The notes: generated by a model not told the origin, from the letters alone. Positions 27,501 through 42,500 are shown, counted from the stretch's first letter. The stretch: 64,000 bases of DNA from Hydrurus foetidus (GCA_900617105.1 UYFQ01000242.1:1-64000), one strand, 5' to 3'. Program-made: numbers and translations.

Positions 27501-30500
27501 ATGGGCTGGACTCTGCCCCTGCTTGGTTCTCGAGCAGCATCAGCAATGGTCCGAACTTCTTCTGTGTAGCGGTGGGGGGAAAGTCATCTCTAGTAGCTAT
27601 TGCTGCTGGGCAGTCAGCCGCCATGTACAAGACAACTAATGGAGGTGAGGAGAACTAGGATTGATAGGAATATTCTGAAGAATATTCCTCGGTGTTCTTA
27701 GTGATATTCTTAGGAACATTCCTCGGTGTTCTTCGTGATATTCTGAGGAACATTCCGAAGCCTTTTCATGCGCCACGTTTTGGGTGTTAGATAACTTGCA
27801 TTTTGTTAAACACAAACACCCCCGTCATTCCCTTCTTTTTCTGCCTTCATCACCATCTTCATCTCACATCTCCCTCTCACACTCACACTTCCCTCATTCT
27901 GTCTTCATTACATTCCCTCATTTTCTCTCTCTTTGATGTTACTAGGGCGGTCCTGGACGTCTCTCTCCACTGCACTGTTCCGATTGTCGATTATAGGCTC
28001 CAACACGCAGTTCACATACAAGGCATTAGGTGTCCCATACTTCTGCTGTATGCACGGAGACTGTTATGTTTGCTTTTGTCGCTTTGTGAATGTACTCACT
28101 CACTCGTCAGACAGGGCCGCGCTCACTCTTTTGGAAGTTATTCGATAAGATTCCATTCCATATGAATCAAACATATCACAGTGGCTGCCTATGCAGCGCT
28201 AGATAAAAGGGGCTGTACTGTTTGATATCATACTTCTATTCTCGTAATAGCAGAACACTCACATTGACACAATTCAATTTTCTTTTATTCACTACCCTTC
28301 CAAATTCCATCACCCTCTTTTTTATTTACATACGTCGTACATTTACTTCACGTACGTCATATTTTCCTGACAGCGATGCTCTCGGATGATGTAATATACG
28401 CCTCCACTTCCGATGGATACCTCATCAAATCAGGTGCAGTTTAATTATCGATTGTGATTGTCAGATATAGTGTTTTCAGTCTGTTCCCCAATCGCTCCGA
28501 TACTGCATGAATTGATTCACTACAATTGAGCGCAATCTAGTCAAGTGGTTGCAGAGAATAGCGATGTAGAGAAATGCAATCATTTCTCTCCTCTCCTCTC
28601 CTTCTTCTCATTCTTTCTTCTTCGTTGTTCTCCTTCCTCCTCTGATCTCTCGCCTTGTAGTGAATGGAGGTATCTCCTTCACTGTGGATGCGGCGGTCAC
28701 AGATGCAGGGCAGGTGCAGTGTCTCGCTCTATTCAGCAGCTTGGTCGGAATGGTACGTCACCACCATTACTTTCCCTCCTATTTAATATGACTGCTTCCA
28801 ACCGACCTATCAGCACTCAAATGTTCTTGACCTCTTTCCTAGATTCTCTCTACCGCCACCGTCTCTGTTGGAATCTATTTTCGCTCAGTTAACTTTCTGT
28901 CTACTATCAATCTTCTTGCAATTAAAATTTACCGATCCGGTCTTTTTTTCTTGATCTCTCTCTTTCATTTTGTCCTCCTCGTTCTCCTCTCTTTTCTTCC
29001 ATCATATTATATATCTCGTCTCTCCCTTTTTTGGTATGATCTGTGTATGTCTGAATATCTGTATTCTGTATTCACCAGATGGGAAGCAGTTCCGGTGTAG
29101 CGTACGTACGTACATTCTCTCCCACGTCATCCCCCTCAGAGGCACCCTCATTCGCACCTAGTTTCATCGGACAGACGTTGCAGCCCACTCCCAGTCCATC
29201 TGCCCCCCCATCACGCAGACCAACGTACGTCCAATACACCTGTGTGGTACTTACAAGAGACTAATGATGCCTTGTTACTGATGCCAAATAGCGTCTCATG
29301 TTATTTCTGTTTCTACTCTTACAGTCATTGTGACTTGTTGCGTACGAAATAGCTCGTTAAGTCACTCACAGTAATCGTAAGAGTATTTGGTTCATGCTTC
29401 TCTAGTTTCAGTATTTATCTCTCTCTTCTACTTCGACTAATACATCTTCTCTTCCCTCCTTTCCTCTTCGCCCCTGCTTTTCCTCCTTTCTTTCTTCTCT
29501 TTTGTTCCCATGCAGATCGTCTTCTCCAACGGTGCCAGGCTACACATTTCCACCAACGTTTCTGCCCACCTCTATCCCGTCTACTTCCGCCCCATCTTTC
29601 AGACCCTCAAGAAATCCTTCTTTTGCTCCCAGCTCAAGACCTACTATGTTACCCACAACCGCTAAGCCTGTCCTTTCCCCGACCTCTAAACCCTCCTTGC
29701 CACCGTCAGAAAGACCCACTAGAAGTAAGACTAGTACCGAATGTGCCGATTTGTCCGTGAGTGTGTGAGTGTGTGTGTTCGATATGCAGTCACTTTAAGA
29801 TGTACGTGTGCACATCAGGATTGAGTTTATCGTTTCACACTGTATGGTGTTATGATAAGTGTCCTATTCTGATCTGTGCCGTGCCGTCAATACCTGGGTA
29901 TAAAACCTCTTCATGTAAACTCCACCATTTCCATTCTCACACGTTTTTCTAAATCACTCTTCTCACCACCCTCTCCCCTCCCCTCTATGCAATTGAAATC
30001 AAAACAGGTCCTTCATTTGCTCCGTCTGTGGTACCTACTATAATTCCAACCCGAGGACCAGCCTTCCCAACCGGTCAACCCACAGGACAGGTACCGTACC
30101 GTACCGTACCATTCCATTCATGCACTCACATGCACCCCCTGTCACTGGCGCCAGAATGCACACGCCTCTTTTCTCTACTCTCTCTGATTTCTGCTAGCCT
30201 TGCCTCATTTTGTCTTGGTTTGGACAATGTCATATTTTTATCTCTTCTAGAATCTCTTCGCAAGCTCCTTTGAATAGCGCAATCAAACTGGACCGAATTA
30301 CGTAAATTTGAATCTTTAAGTGCGTCACTACCTCTACTAACTTCATTGCACTGCAATTTACTGTACTGTACTTTACTGTACTGTGCTTAGCCCACAGCTC
30401 AGCCATCATCACAGCCCACCGGTCAGCCTTCCAGCCAGCCCACTAGCAGACCCAGCGGTCCAACAGGTAAGTACGTACGTGTGTATGTACGTTGTCAGAG

Positions 30501-33500
30501 AGCCATATAGCACTAGTCACATACGAGTGCACTTTATCTTGACACCAACCATATAAGTGTTAACCATCGCTACTCTCCTCAACAGCACCACCGCTCATAC
30601 TACATCTAACTGCCCATCACCTCATCACACGATATCTCTTCATACAACTCTCCACTAGGTCAGCCGACTTCCCAACCCACAGCGCAACCTACCAATAGAC
30701 CAACCGGCCAGCCAACCGGTCAACCATCAACACAGCCTACGGGTCAGCCCACAGGAGCGCCTACAGTGGCTCCTACAACTTACTATCGACTGAAGATCAG
30801 TGTGGGGGTCTTTCAGGTTAGTCGCAGTGATTCTTGCAATCCGATCATGACTCTTCTTGTCCTGCCCTTCATTCCCTTAGTACTCTCAGGGACATGCATT
30901 TTCTTCTTCTCTTGGTTATTCACGAACCTACTCTGCCCCTGATCTCCACTCCCCCCTCCTGTCCTCCATCTCACAACCTTTTACCCCTTCCACCTTCCAC
31001 TCCATTGTCACTGTCATTCACCCACAGCGCTTGATGGGCATCAGTTACGTGGATTTTGTGAAAGACCCAGCAATCGCACTGCTCTTCCGACAGGCAGTGT
31101 TGAGTGCCATAGCCATCAATGAGCTCCCATTGAGCAGTGTGCAGATAGCGTATTTCTATGGCCAGGTGAGTCAGTCCAGGGGCAGAAAAAAGGGAGAGAG
31201 AGGAGAGGAAGAGAGGAGGAGAGAAAGAGAGAAGAGAAGAGACGAGGAGAGGAAAGAAGGGGATAGGAGAGGAGAGAAGAGGAGAGGAGAGGAAAGGAGA
31301 GAAAGGGATAGGACGGGGGTGTAGTCAGTGATCAGGGACCTTTTATGACCCCGGAAATGAAATGAACTAGAATTCCATTTTTAAATCTAGATTTAAAATA
31401 GGGGTGGTCTAGATTTTCAGAAGAATCCTACTTAATTTCATTTCTGGGGTCACGATATGAAAGTGGTAGTACAGCACCATACGTGTCGAGGTGGACTTAG
31501 TGTAACAACAAGCGTGGAGTCTTGCAGCGTTGCTACTACTACTACGCTGTGCCGCACTGTACGGTGCTGTACTGTAGTATAATGAGGTGCACATCGCCGT
31601 CATGAAATCCAGCTCGTTACAGCTTGTGACGCAGAGCGAGGAATTATTCATCGAACTCTAGACTATCCGCCAAGTACAATGCCACTTATTACTCTCGTAC
31701 TGCATGCATTGAATCCCTTCCCTCTTACATTGCATGCAATCTAACACACGTACGTCTGTACAGCCTGTACTGCCATCAGGACAGCCCACTGGCCAGCCAA
31801 CGGGACAGCCTTCAGGGCAGCCTACCTCGCACCCTACATCTCCATCCGGCCAGCCAACCGGCCAACCCACAGGACAGCCTACATGTCAGCCCACAGGGCA
31901 ACCGACAGGACAGCCCACTAGACAGCCAACTGGTCAGCCCACTGGCCAGCCCACCTCACGACCAAGTCACCCCACAGGACAACCAACAGGCCAGCCTACA
32001 GGTGAGAAGCGTCACTACACGTTCTTTCTTGTGCATTACACCCTAACCTCAATCCTTTTGAGAGTATCTGATTATCTACTCCTTTGCTACACTGATAGTG
32101 CCTCATTAAACGATGAGTAACGCACTGTACAACAAATGCAGGTCAACCGACAGGACAGCCAACAACCATGCCAACCCACCCAACAGCACGTCCATCAGCC
32201 GCACCGACACTGGTACCCACATCCACTCCCACAACAAAGCCCACTCCTGCCCCTTCCTCCGTCCCCACCCTGACCCCCACATCTACCCCATCAGCGGTCC
32301 CCACACCCGTTCCTTCTGTGGGTCCCAGTGGAGTTCCGTCCCCTAGTCCCTCGGATGGTCCCACATTGACCCCCTCTATGATGTGAGTAGAATGTGTTGC
32401 CTTGATTTGATTGATGTATTGATTGACTGACAGACTGAATAACTGATTGACTGACAGACTGGATAATTGATTGGCAAGTGAGGCTACTAGCTGACTGACT
32501 GACTAATTGTCTGTCTGTCTGTCTGACTGACTGACTGACTAATTGTCTGACTGACTGACTGACTAATTGTCTGTCTGACTGACTGACTGACTGACTAATT
32601 GTCTGTCTGTCTGACTGACTGACTGACTGACTGACTGGCTAATTGTCTCTCTGTCTGACTGACTGACTGACTGACTGACTGACTGACTGACTGACTGACT
32701 GGCTGACTAGCTCACTTATTGAATGACTGACTGATTTTCCAAATTCTCACCGTGCGATCACTGCTGCCCTCTTCAAATTCATCAACATCTCCTTCTCCTC
32801 CCTCTTTTTGCCCCACTAGACCCACTGCAGCACCAGTGGACTCTCCTGTTCCCACCTCCGTGCCTGTTGACGCCTCTACCTCTGCTCCTGTTGCAGTTCC
32901 GACTGTCAGGAGAAATCTGCTGTCCGTGTCAAGCAGTACGGTGCAGAGCATGGAGCATCCACGAGTTAATGAAAGTAACTTGTCCAAATCACAGCGTAAT
33001 AGAGGAGGTGGAAGAAGGGAACTGTCTATGAGGCAAGGCAATGAGAGCGATGGAGAGAGATACGTGACGTACAGTCAAGGTAACAGCACAAGAAGTGTCG
33101 ACAGGTATTCTGACAGTCTTGGTATAGCGACGAAGATAGAGGAGGAGAATGAGGAGGAGGGGGAGTACTACTCTGAGCGGCAGAGATATGAGAGGTAGTG
33201 GAGATAGTGGAGGAGGTAGTGCTGATTGGTCAGAGCAGGACATGTCAGGATCGCAATTCGACATGACGAGTGGTGGCACTAACTTCGCGTCAGTTGGAGT
33301 TAACTACACGGTCAGCTTCATCATACAGCTATACGGTGAGTCGCAACACGTCATGTAATTACTGAGATTCTCTATCCCGCATGGACTGCCATATGGAGCA
33401 TTCTGCTTTGTTTCCTTGGGGACTACTATTAACTGCAATTCTCTGTGAATTCGTGTAATGTGACGCAATATAATGTGATACATTATGATATGCTGTAATG

Positions 33501-36500
33501 TGATTTGACATAACACAATATTATACATATATAATCGTATGCAATGTAGTTCGACGTTGTGTAGTATAAGTAATAAAATTTGATGTATTTGATCCCAGGC
33601 TTCACGGATCTGAACAAGACACAGGTCTTGATTATGAAACAGCTGAGATCCTCTGTGCAATCAGGACTGTTCGATAAAGTCATGCGCAGCAAACCGGGTG
33701 AGTCTCTGATGTGATGTGTATTGCGTGTGTGAGTGAGTGGGCGTGAGTTGCATTGACGTCCTCACTCACATCCGATTCAAATTTCTTCCTCCTACTTTCA
33801 TTGATCTCTGTCTTATCAGTAGCACTTCTTTTCTTCCTTTTTATTCGTTTCTTAATTCTTTTTCTATTCCACTTCGTTCTTCTCGTCGGTTTTGTTATTG
33901 TTCTCTTCTGCACTGTTTTTATTCTTTTTTACCTTATTCTTTTTTTTTCATTCTTTTTTACTTTATTTTTCTTTTTTTGATTTTTATTCTTCTTCCTCCC
34001 CCTTCTTCTCTTCCTCTATTTTCTCTTTTCTCTTTATCCTTCTTTTTTTTCTCTCTTGTTTTAGAGATCAAAACTCTCGCCACTGCGAAATCATTGGCAC
34101 CCAGTCTGTACCGTCCGTACATTCTCACAGCGCTGCACACATCACCGAAACCGTCCGCAACCCCCTCACATACTCCTACGATAGCTCCTACTCTTTCCTA
34201 CACAGAGGTGATGAGAAGTCTGCATGAGTACCAAACATATTGTCTAGAGTGTCATTGTTAGAGCTGCTTGCCGTCATGAAGATTGCCATGATAGACCGCT
34301 TGTCCTCCTCAGTAATAAGCAGGAAAGCAAGGCTTGCTGTCATCCAATATCATCTACGGCGAGCAGCCTCATCGATCATGCATTGTTAATTAGGAAATAT
34401 GAAATATCATCATGTGTACAGAAGTAGAGGCAAAGCATTCCAACCACCAATGTATCTCATCTGTCGAACATATTGCCTCCTTGCTTAACATTCCCACTGT
34501 CCTCATTTCATCTCTTCTCTTTCTCCTTCTAGACTGCAGCAAAGGCTGCTGGGCTGTCCGTTACAAACACAATAGTAGTGGCGTGCGTGGTGAGCATCAC
34601 ATGTTTCCTGGTGATACTAGTAGCACTGTTCTTCTTCTGCCGCCGTAGAGCGGCCAATGCGTACGAGCGAATGATGGCGTGTGGGGCGAGGTCCTCTTCG
34701 AAGGAGGACAATGACAATGAGGGGGGTATGTGCTCCTGTTGTTGTGCTGGAAATGACACAGATAGTGAGGAGGAGGAAGAGGAGGAGACATGGAGAGGAA
34801 AGGGGAAGGGGAAGGGCAAGAGTGTGAGATCGAAAGGTAACAACGCAATCAAGTGCAATGCAATGCAATGCAGTGTAGAGTGTAGAGCAGTTTGTCTCAA
34901 GCACTGTATGGCTTTCTCACCTCTGACTCACAGCCTGTGGGATGCTAATCTGACTCTGCCCTGTCACATCTCATCTACTCAGCATTCTTCTTCTCAGTTT
35001 TATTCTTTTTTCGTCTCTCCCTCATCTTCCTCCCTCCCCCCCCCCACCTACATACGTGTTCCAATTAATGCTATTAATAAATATCTGAAAAATTTCCATC
35101 ATCAAACGACGTCATTTTTTGTGCCTTTAGGCAAGAAGAAGACCGAAGAGGAGGAAGATGATGATGATGATGAAGATGATGGAGAGCCGAAGGGATTCAT
35201 GGGGTTTCTTAAACGGCATTGCATGGCGAAAGAAAAGAAAGGATCGGATGGTGAGTGGAGCAGCGAACCTTCCTTGCTCCCTTCCTTCCGTTCTTGGATT
35301 GGAGGATAGAAGTATTCTGATTTTTTAGAACAGACGGAAAAACCATCTCCAGGAAACTTTTTGAGGACTTTTTTTACGTCGTTACAAGTGCTTGCTAAGT
35401 ATAGTCGACAGCCTTGCATTAAATTCGACATTCGACGTCTCCCGCACTGATTGTTCTGTGCACTCTGTGTAGATGAGGATGACAGCCAGAAGAGAGCTAA
35501 GAAGCCGGGTGCGTGGAAAAAGAAAGGTGAGGAATGTTCTTGCGTACTCGCATACGTACTAACAGGGAGAGCGTAAGTGTTCATAGACGGACGAATGGAT
35601 CGAGGGAGGGAGGGAGGGAGGGAGGCTGAGAGGAAGGGAGGGTGTCTGCATAGTGACACGCACTAGATACCGCACCGCATGAGATGGACTTCTATTGACT
35701 ATTTACTATTTACTGCCACTCATTTCTTGACAGCGACTTTGCGGCCGTTACATATTTTCTTTTGCTGTGCTGTCTGTACTGTACTGTACTGTACTGTACT
35801 GTACTGTACTGTACTGCACTGTACTGTACTGTACTAAACCGTTCTGGTCTGATTTAATGCACCCATCCCCTGTCTGCCACATATAGGCAAGAAGAAAGAC
35901 GATGATGATGACGATGAGGAGGAAGATAGTACAGACGCTAGAGGAGAAAACAGTACGTTCATAAGACAGAGGGAAATGAAGAGGGCGAAAGGAAAAGAGA
36001 AGGAGAAAGAAAAGGAGATAGACACCATTGCTGAGAGCAAGAAGAAAAAACTGACAGGTGTCTGGGACAAGACAGGCAATTTATGGGAGAAGAAAGGTGT
36101 GTAGAAAAATCTTTCTATGTCCTTCTTAATAAGACTGCAAGCTGCATTTTCTCGGAGGGGAAATTGGAATATTTACTGCACTGAGACGTGCATCTTCTCT
36201 GACCAACCAACTCCGAATCATCGAATCCTTTTTGTCTCCCCTTTTCCCCACTCGTCCCTCTTCTTCTCTTTCCTCCGTAGCTTCCTTTATTGCACCTCAC
36301 TCATCTCTCCCTCAATACCTCCCTCCCTCTCTTCGTTCTTCTTCTTCTTCTTCTCTTACGTTTCCTCCCACTCTCTCTCCCCTCCCCTCTTTCCATTTTC
36401 TTCTCTCTCTGGTGCCACTACTAATCTGTCTCGATGTTCCCTCCAGGTGTTGATGGATCGGATGATGACGAGTCTGAAGAAGACACCCGACCCCCCGAGA

Positions 36501-38871
36501 AGATGGTGAAGGGAAAAACCAAACAGATATGGAGTGGAAAAATAAGAGGTAAGGAACTGTCGATAATGCCTCAGTATGGGAGTGTAGTAACGGAAAAGCG
36601 AGGGTGATGGGAAGGGTGGGGGGATTTACATGGAGAATGGGAGTACTGAAAGCTGTTCGGTAGAGCTCTTGGGAGTTCTAGGACAGTCATTCAGAAAGTT
36701 AAGCTGCGAGATGATAGAGATGGCATTAGGATTAATTCTATTTGATGCAAACATCGGAGACTGCTATTCTTCTATACTCGTCTGCAGATAAAATATGAAG
36801 CCAAGTTTTACTCCGTCTATTGATGTTATTTCCCCCAGACAAGTCGGGCGGGTCTGATGATGATGAGGCCCCTTATGACACCACCTACAAAAGGGAGGGG
36901 CCGGTGAAGGGGTCGAACGCGGGTCCGAAACCAAAGGTGACGAAGTGCCTGACTGAATGAGCGCACGTACGCATGCGTGTACGGGTGTGTGTGTACGACT
37001 GCGAGATAGAGAGATGTCGGAATCGTTGGCATTACAAACATATACTTCACCGCTCCCTCTTATCACTGTATTGTCAAATACAAATTCTGATAAATCTCTA
37101 CCCTTAGGGACGGTTTGGCTTCAAAACGAAAGCAGTGAAGGAGAAAGCGAAAGAGGTAGAGAAAGATTCGGAGGATGAATCGGATGATGAGCCAGTGCCA
37201 GTGCCCGCGGTGCGTAATGTGATCGTGCGACATCGATCTCTTTTTCCTCTGAATGCCTTACTATCTGCTTGCCTGTCTCTGTGGGCGACTTTTAGCTATT
37301 CGCATGTGTGTATGTTTGTCTGTCTTTCTGTGTCTGTCTTTACTTCTGTGTCTGCCTGTGTCTCTGAAAGCCTCTCTGTCTCCCCGTCCGTCTCACTGTG
37401 TATCTGCCTGTTTAACCTCTGTCAGCGTCTCTCTCTTTCTATGCTTCGGTCGGGTCTTCTGCTTGGTCCGCTCTCTATTCATTCATCTTATCATGAATTC
37501 AATATCATACTATTCATCAATTGTATCGTGCATTTATCATTATACCATCACAGCTCATCTGTACGTACGTGTCTCACACCCTCTCTTCCTCTTTATTCAC
37601 CTTTTCTTCTCTCCCTCTTTCTCCTTTTTCTTCTTTATTAGAAGCAGGGGAAACCAGCACCGAAACATAACTGGAAAGAAAAATTCAATAAAAAAGGTTT
37701 GTGGCGTTTTAAGAGCTTACTTACTTCTCCCTTCTCCTATAAAACTCATTGAATTCCTCTCTCTTCTTTCCTCCACCGTGTATGTGTTGATCTTGGGACG
37801 TATAATTCTTGAGTGTTCTACACATTTACTGCACTGCACTCCACTCCAACACATTGACGCACAACATCCCCCGCTTTCTACTCGGTGAAGATGCACGAGA
37901 AATCACTCCCTGAATTGCCGTTATCGTATATGACTGCCAACTGAAAGTCCCACCCTCCAAACATCTCCATCACACCACACGCAATTACAAATGAGCTACT
38001 TAATACGCTGTGTCTTCTTCGTCCGTATTTCAGAGATCAAAGAAGACAAGGACGATGAGGAGGACGAGGTAATGCCGAAAGCCAGAGAGGCTATGTACGG
38101 CAAGAAGGCGGAGGTGCTACTCTATTCTCGACGATCTTATCTGCTGATGTGTTGGTCTCTGTGTGGAGGATATGCTATCATCGAGAGTCTCACTCCTTGT
38201 TTTAGTCAATCAGACGTCACGCCTCACGTCACCTCTCTCCTCATCTCACCTCTTCACTTCCATCGCTGCACGCAACACCTCATCTCACGCTCAATTTTAT
38301 CCCATCTCCCATACAGCAGACTAACAGCAACAGCAAGAGCAATAATACGCTGAAGGGCAAGGAGAGTGCGAAAGGGAAGAAACGGTCTGACAGTGGGTCG
38401 GACTCGAACGCTATCGGTGATGTGCTGGCTAGACTCAAGAACAAAAAGGAGAGACAACGAGGTAATGCAAATGGAGCAAGCTGTTATACCCGACCATATA
38501 CGCGCCGCATGCCATGCTACACCCATCCGTGAAGAGTTCTGTTGAGCGCACTCCTCGTGAGCATATCATCATATCTCACCTTCGTTCTCATCTCCTTTCT
38601 CTACCCTTCCTCACTCTCTCTCTCATTCATTCTCTTCCCCTCTCCCCATACCCATTTTCACTCTGTAGACAATAGCGAGGTAGAGAGTGTAGACGCCTCT
38701 GTGAGTGGTAACAAGGCAGCTGCCAGTGCTGCCGCTCAGAGTAAGAGTAAGCTGAAAGGAGTGCTGAGCAAAATGCAAAGCGACAACGACAATGAAGAGA
38801 CCGACCAAGGCATGTCCGATTTAATGTCCAAATACCAAACCAAAAACAAGGGCAAAACAAGAAATATATAG
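21593..38871 (+). CDS. Large multi-exon type-I membrane/surface protein: signal peptide, BNR/Asp-box beta-propeller repeats, PTGQ/PS mucin-like stalk, TM helix, D/E/K-rich tail
   Basis: Signal peptide [22 protein letters not shown]. Asp-box motifs [32 protein letters not shown] and TTNGGRSW in successive exons. PTGQPT repeats at ~30-32 kb. [24 protein letters not shown] followed by CRRR at ~34.6 kb. Many small charged exons up to the stop at 38871. Pyrimidine-rich GT-AG introns. That this is one gene is inferred from domain continuity. Confidence 0.75.
24972..25157. repeat. Intronic 55-bp minisatellite, about 3.4 copies
   Basis: AGTGTTACACTTCTG... starts at 24972, 25027, 25082 and 25137; the last copy supplies the splice-acceptor tract. 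Confidence 0.9.
26583..26604 (+). repeat. Short interstitial telomeric repeat (TTAGGG)3
   Basis: TAGG followed by TTAGGG x3, inside an intron. Confidence 0.7.
27282..27324. repeat. (TGCTG)n microsatellite
   Basis: Read directly; intronic. Confidence 0.9.
32420..32710. repeat. Compound (CTGA)n/(CTGT)n microsatellite
   Basis: Read directly; intronic. Confidence 0.9.
35774..35835. repeat. (CTGTA)n microsatellite
   Basis: Read directly; intronic. Confidence 0.9.
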
Positions 38872-39584
38872 ATCGTATTCTTTTCCCCTCCACACACCCT
38901 TTCCTTTACATCCTACACTACACTACACCGCATGTATATATATTGGGTAGAAAAGTCTAGATTGCAGTTTATAGTACATGTGAACCACATTATAGTACAT
39001 CATACCGCCTTAACTTCGAAACTTGAGATTGTGTGTCTGTGTTTTACGTCATTCTTATGAGCACACTGTTTTTCTGATCCTCAAATCTTTTAAGAGCAAT
39101 TCAGAGCCCTTCAGCTGTACTTTATCGTGACCTCCACCAAGGGCTACATGAGAGATTGGAGATGGTGCACATGGTCGGCATGAAAGTGGCTGACGTTTCG
39201 TTTCGCTGATTATCTCGTAGAATGGCAATGGTTAGAAGGGGCAGTTCCTCTTCGATGCACTGTACTTTTATCCTCCTTGCTTTGTACTGTCAAGTGACCG
39301 CATGTATTCCTTTCTCCATATCGTCACCACTGCATCGATCTGAAGACCGTCTAAACCTGCCAAGTCTAGTAGGCTGCTCAAGGGAGGGAACTCATCTGCT
39401 TCAGTGATATCCAATCTCTACCATACCTTGCTTAGTCTCGCCTTGATAGAAGAACATCTGTTGTTTCAACAGCTATGCTTTTGGGAGGAGTGGATGGAAA
39501 GAAGAGAAGGGAGATACATAGAGGAGAGGGGAAAAGCTGCGCAGAGCAGTGCCCCTTGGATTGAGGTCAGTGAAGAGAGGAGAA

Positions 39585-42500
39585 CTATTGATCACTGTGC
39601 TCTGCAGTTGCCACTGTGGCTGCTGCTGTTCCGTTGACGCTACCCACTGCACTCACACTCTCAGCCGTCACAACTGCTGCTGTTGAAGTAGCTGATGCTG
39701 CAGTTGGCGTTGCAGTTGAAGTTGCAGCGTTGTTTCTCTTGAGAGCTGAAGCTTTTCTCCGCTGCGCCTCGATGCTGGCCAGCACAACGCACAGCATGAT
39801 GGCGGTGAATGTGCCAATAGAGGCGAAAGCATTGGTGTACAGGAACTGAGAGAACTCCTCCGCTTTGGTCATCAGTCTACAAGTTGGTTAGACAAGTGAA
39901 AGGAGAGGAAGGGAATAGAGAGAAGGAATGTGAAAAAAAGGAATAGGGTTGAGAGACAGAATAAGATTAGAAAATACGTACGTGGCGAATGATAGTAGCG
40001 AGAATGGCAAATATTGTTGATAGCTTGCCTAACGACACTATACCATACCTGGACGTGATATCGGATCTGGCAGCCCTCGCTGCTTTCTCCCTGACAGCGT
40101 TCTCCTTCTCCCTCTGAATCCTGTCAGCCTCCATCGCGCTGTTCTCCGCTGCATTGTGGAAAAAATGTAAAACGAGAGAGCGATTGAAAAAGAGTAAGCG
40201 TGTGTGTGTGAGAGAGAGGGAGTGCGTGTGTGAGAGAGAGGGAGTGCGTGTGTGAGAGAGAGAGAGAGGAAGAGGGAGGGAGGGTGGAGAGTGAGGAATG
40301 GAATGGACAAACAGAGAAGGAGATTCACAAATCAGAAGATCATTCTCAACTCTACACCAGGTCGTTAGGATTTTCAAATGAATAAATGTCGTGAGTGAAG
40401 CGGATAAATGATGATGCTTTTATCATAGTAGTACGCACGTAATAGTCACGGTGGTCACGATCATATCTACATGATGCATACCCATCAGTCAAATTAAAAT
40501 AGATGATTGAGAGGCAGTTTTTCCTTCTCCATTACGTGTCCTAAAATGTTATACCCAATTGATGAGATTTGAGTCCTGACCTGCTTGTTTCAATGAAAAT
40601 GTCGAGGATGCGAATTTGAATGCTTCTGGCAAAGAATGGTCCACGACGAAATTGTCAAAAAAAATTCCTAGGAGTGAAAAAGAACAGGAGGAAAAAGAAA
40701 ATCTTAGAATAGAGAAGATATGGAAATGATAGAGGGGATAAGATGAGATGGGGAAGTGATTGACTGTGAGTGACTGACAGAGTGCGGTGAGGTGTGTAAG
40801 AAGATAATTTAATTTAGTCGAAGGAAATAGTGTCTGTGTGTTCGTGGATTTGCTGTGCGGTGTTCTGTGTCCAGCATTTAAGTGGCTCAAATCATCAACA
40901 ACCACGAGCCTCTAAGCAATTCCACTACACTACAGTGTAACACTGCCTCCGGTGTTCTTCAATTACATATAATAAAAAAAAATCGTATGCAGAAAAACAA
41001 ATGATATAAAAATAATATCTCATTATCACCTGCATTGGTAGTCCACACCTCCACAGCGATGCCTGCCATGGGAGCGAGAGTTGATGCTGGTGTGAGATCT
41101 GCTCGAAAAGAAAGGAGAGGAAAGTTATGTCGGTTTCGAGAATTGAGAAAAGGAGTTTTGGGAGTGCTTGGTGCGGAGTGAGAAAAGGAGGTTGAGAAGA
41201 GGAGAGGGGAGGGGAGGGGAGTTGGTGTTTTTTAGGGGAGGGAGATGAAGTGAGGTGAAGTAGAGTTGAGTGAGTGTCGTACACAGTACAGACACAGCAC
41301 TCACAGATGCATATGACGAAGATGGTGTCGCAGCATATGAATGGAGATGATTAAGGTGTCCTAATACCTACTGCAGTAAGTGAGTCAGATTTCGACAGAA
41401 ACAATAACAAATATTCTCATGCTGTCTAAAATACTTAAACAACATCAAATAATAGTACGACATTTACCTGAGAAGTAAAATGGGTTGGGAATTTTTCGAG
41501 GAGCCCACACGCCTAGTAGAGAGAAGGGATAAAGGAGAAAGAGAAAAGGGAAATGAGGTGAGTCAAGGTAGACGAGAAGGAGGCGGACAGAAAACTCGGG
41601 AGACTAAATGGTAGATGTGACTGTTGAGGAGAGAGGAGAAAGTGAAATACATGAGGAATGGCTAAGATGAAAAGAGACGGGTAGAGAGTTAAATTACAGG
41701 AGTGGATGTGGAGGTGAGGGTGCAGTGAGGAATGGGGCTGACAGAAGTGGAGAAGATCAGAAGTAGAGAAGATCGCAACATGCCATGGAAGAAGAGTTCT
41801 AGAATGAAGATAAAGAAGGAGGGAAATAAGAATAGATTTAACCGACAGTTAGGGAATGAAACCAGCACAGCCTATCCGGATATGCATCATTTAGAAGGTC
41901 CACTTATCAGGCGTGATGATTGTCTGCGACACTGAGTCTGTACATCAGATATTCCATAGCGTAGACTAGCCAACAGTCAGTCAGTCAGTCAGTCAGTCAG
42001 TCTGAGAGTTTATCCGACTCTGCTTTAGTCAGTCTATGAATCTATCCGGTGTTAGATACCTTTGTATTGGTCGTTGCGTATCTGCGGTGCTACCCACTTG
42101 CCCTTGTACGCGGCGTTCTTCTTAGTGGGTCTCTTCCACACCCCACACCCCACAGCAGCGCACACAGGGTTGGGCACTGTCGGCGCTTCCCACTCACCGT
42201 CCTGATACATGTATTTGATGTTATCGTTGTTAAGGATACATGCTAGGACAAGATGAACTGAGACGAATTGAGATGAAGGGCGATGCGACGAAGTGAGATG
42301 AGATGAACTGAGATGAAATGAGATGAAGAGCGATGCGATGCATATACATCTGCATCAATGACATCTGGTGACGTAAATGTAATCTAGATTGTCGGAGAAA
42401 AACAGAGAGACAGAATGAAAAAATCACAGATCCACGACTCCTTCCCCACAAGCACCCAATCACTTTCCATATCTATTCATTCCATTCCATCTCAGTTTAT

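Noticed and set aside
33680..34261. Hydrophobic F/L/S-rich ORFs here and in many other introns
   Set aside because: They are translations of pyrimidine-rich intron tracts.
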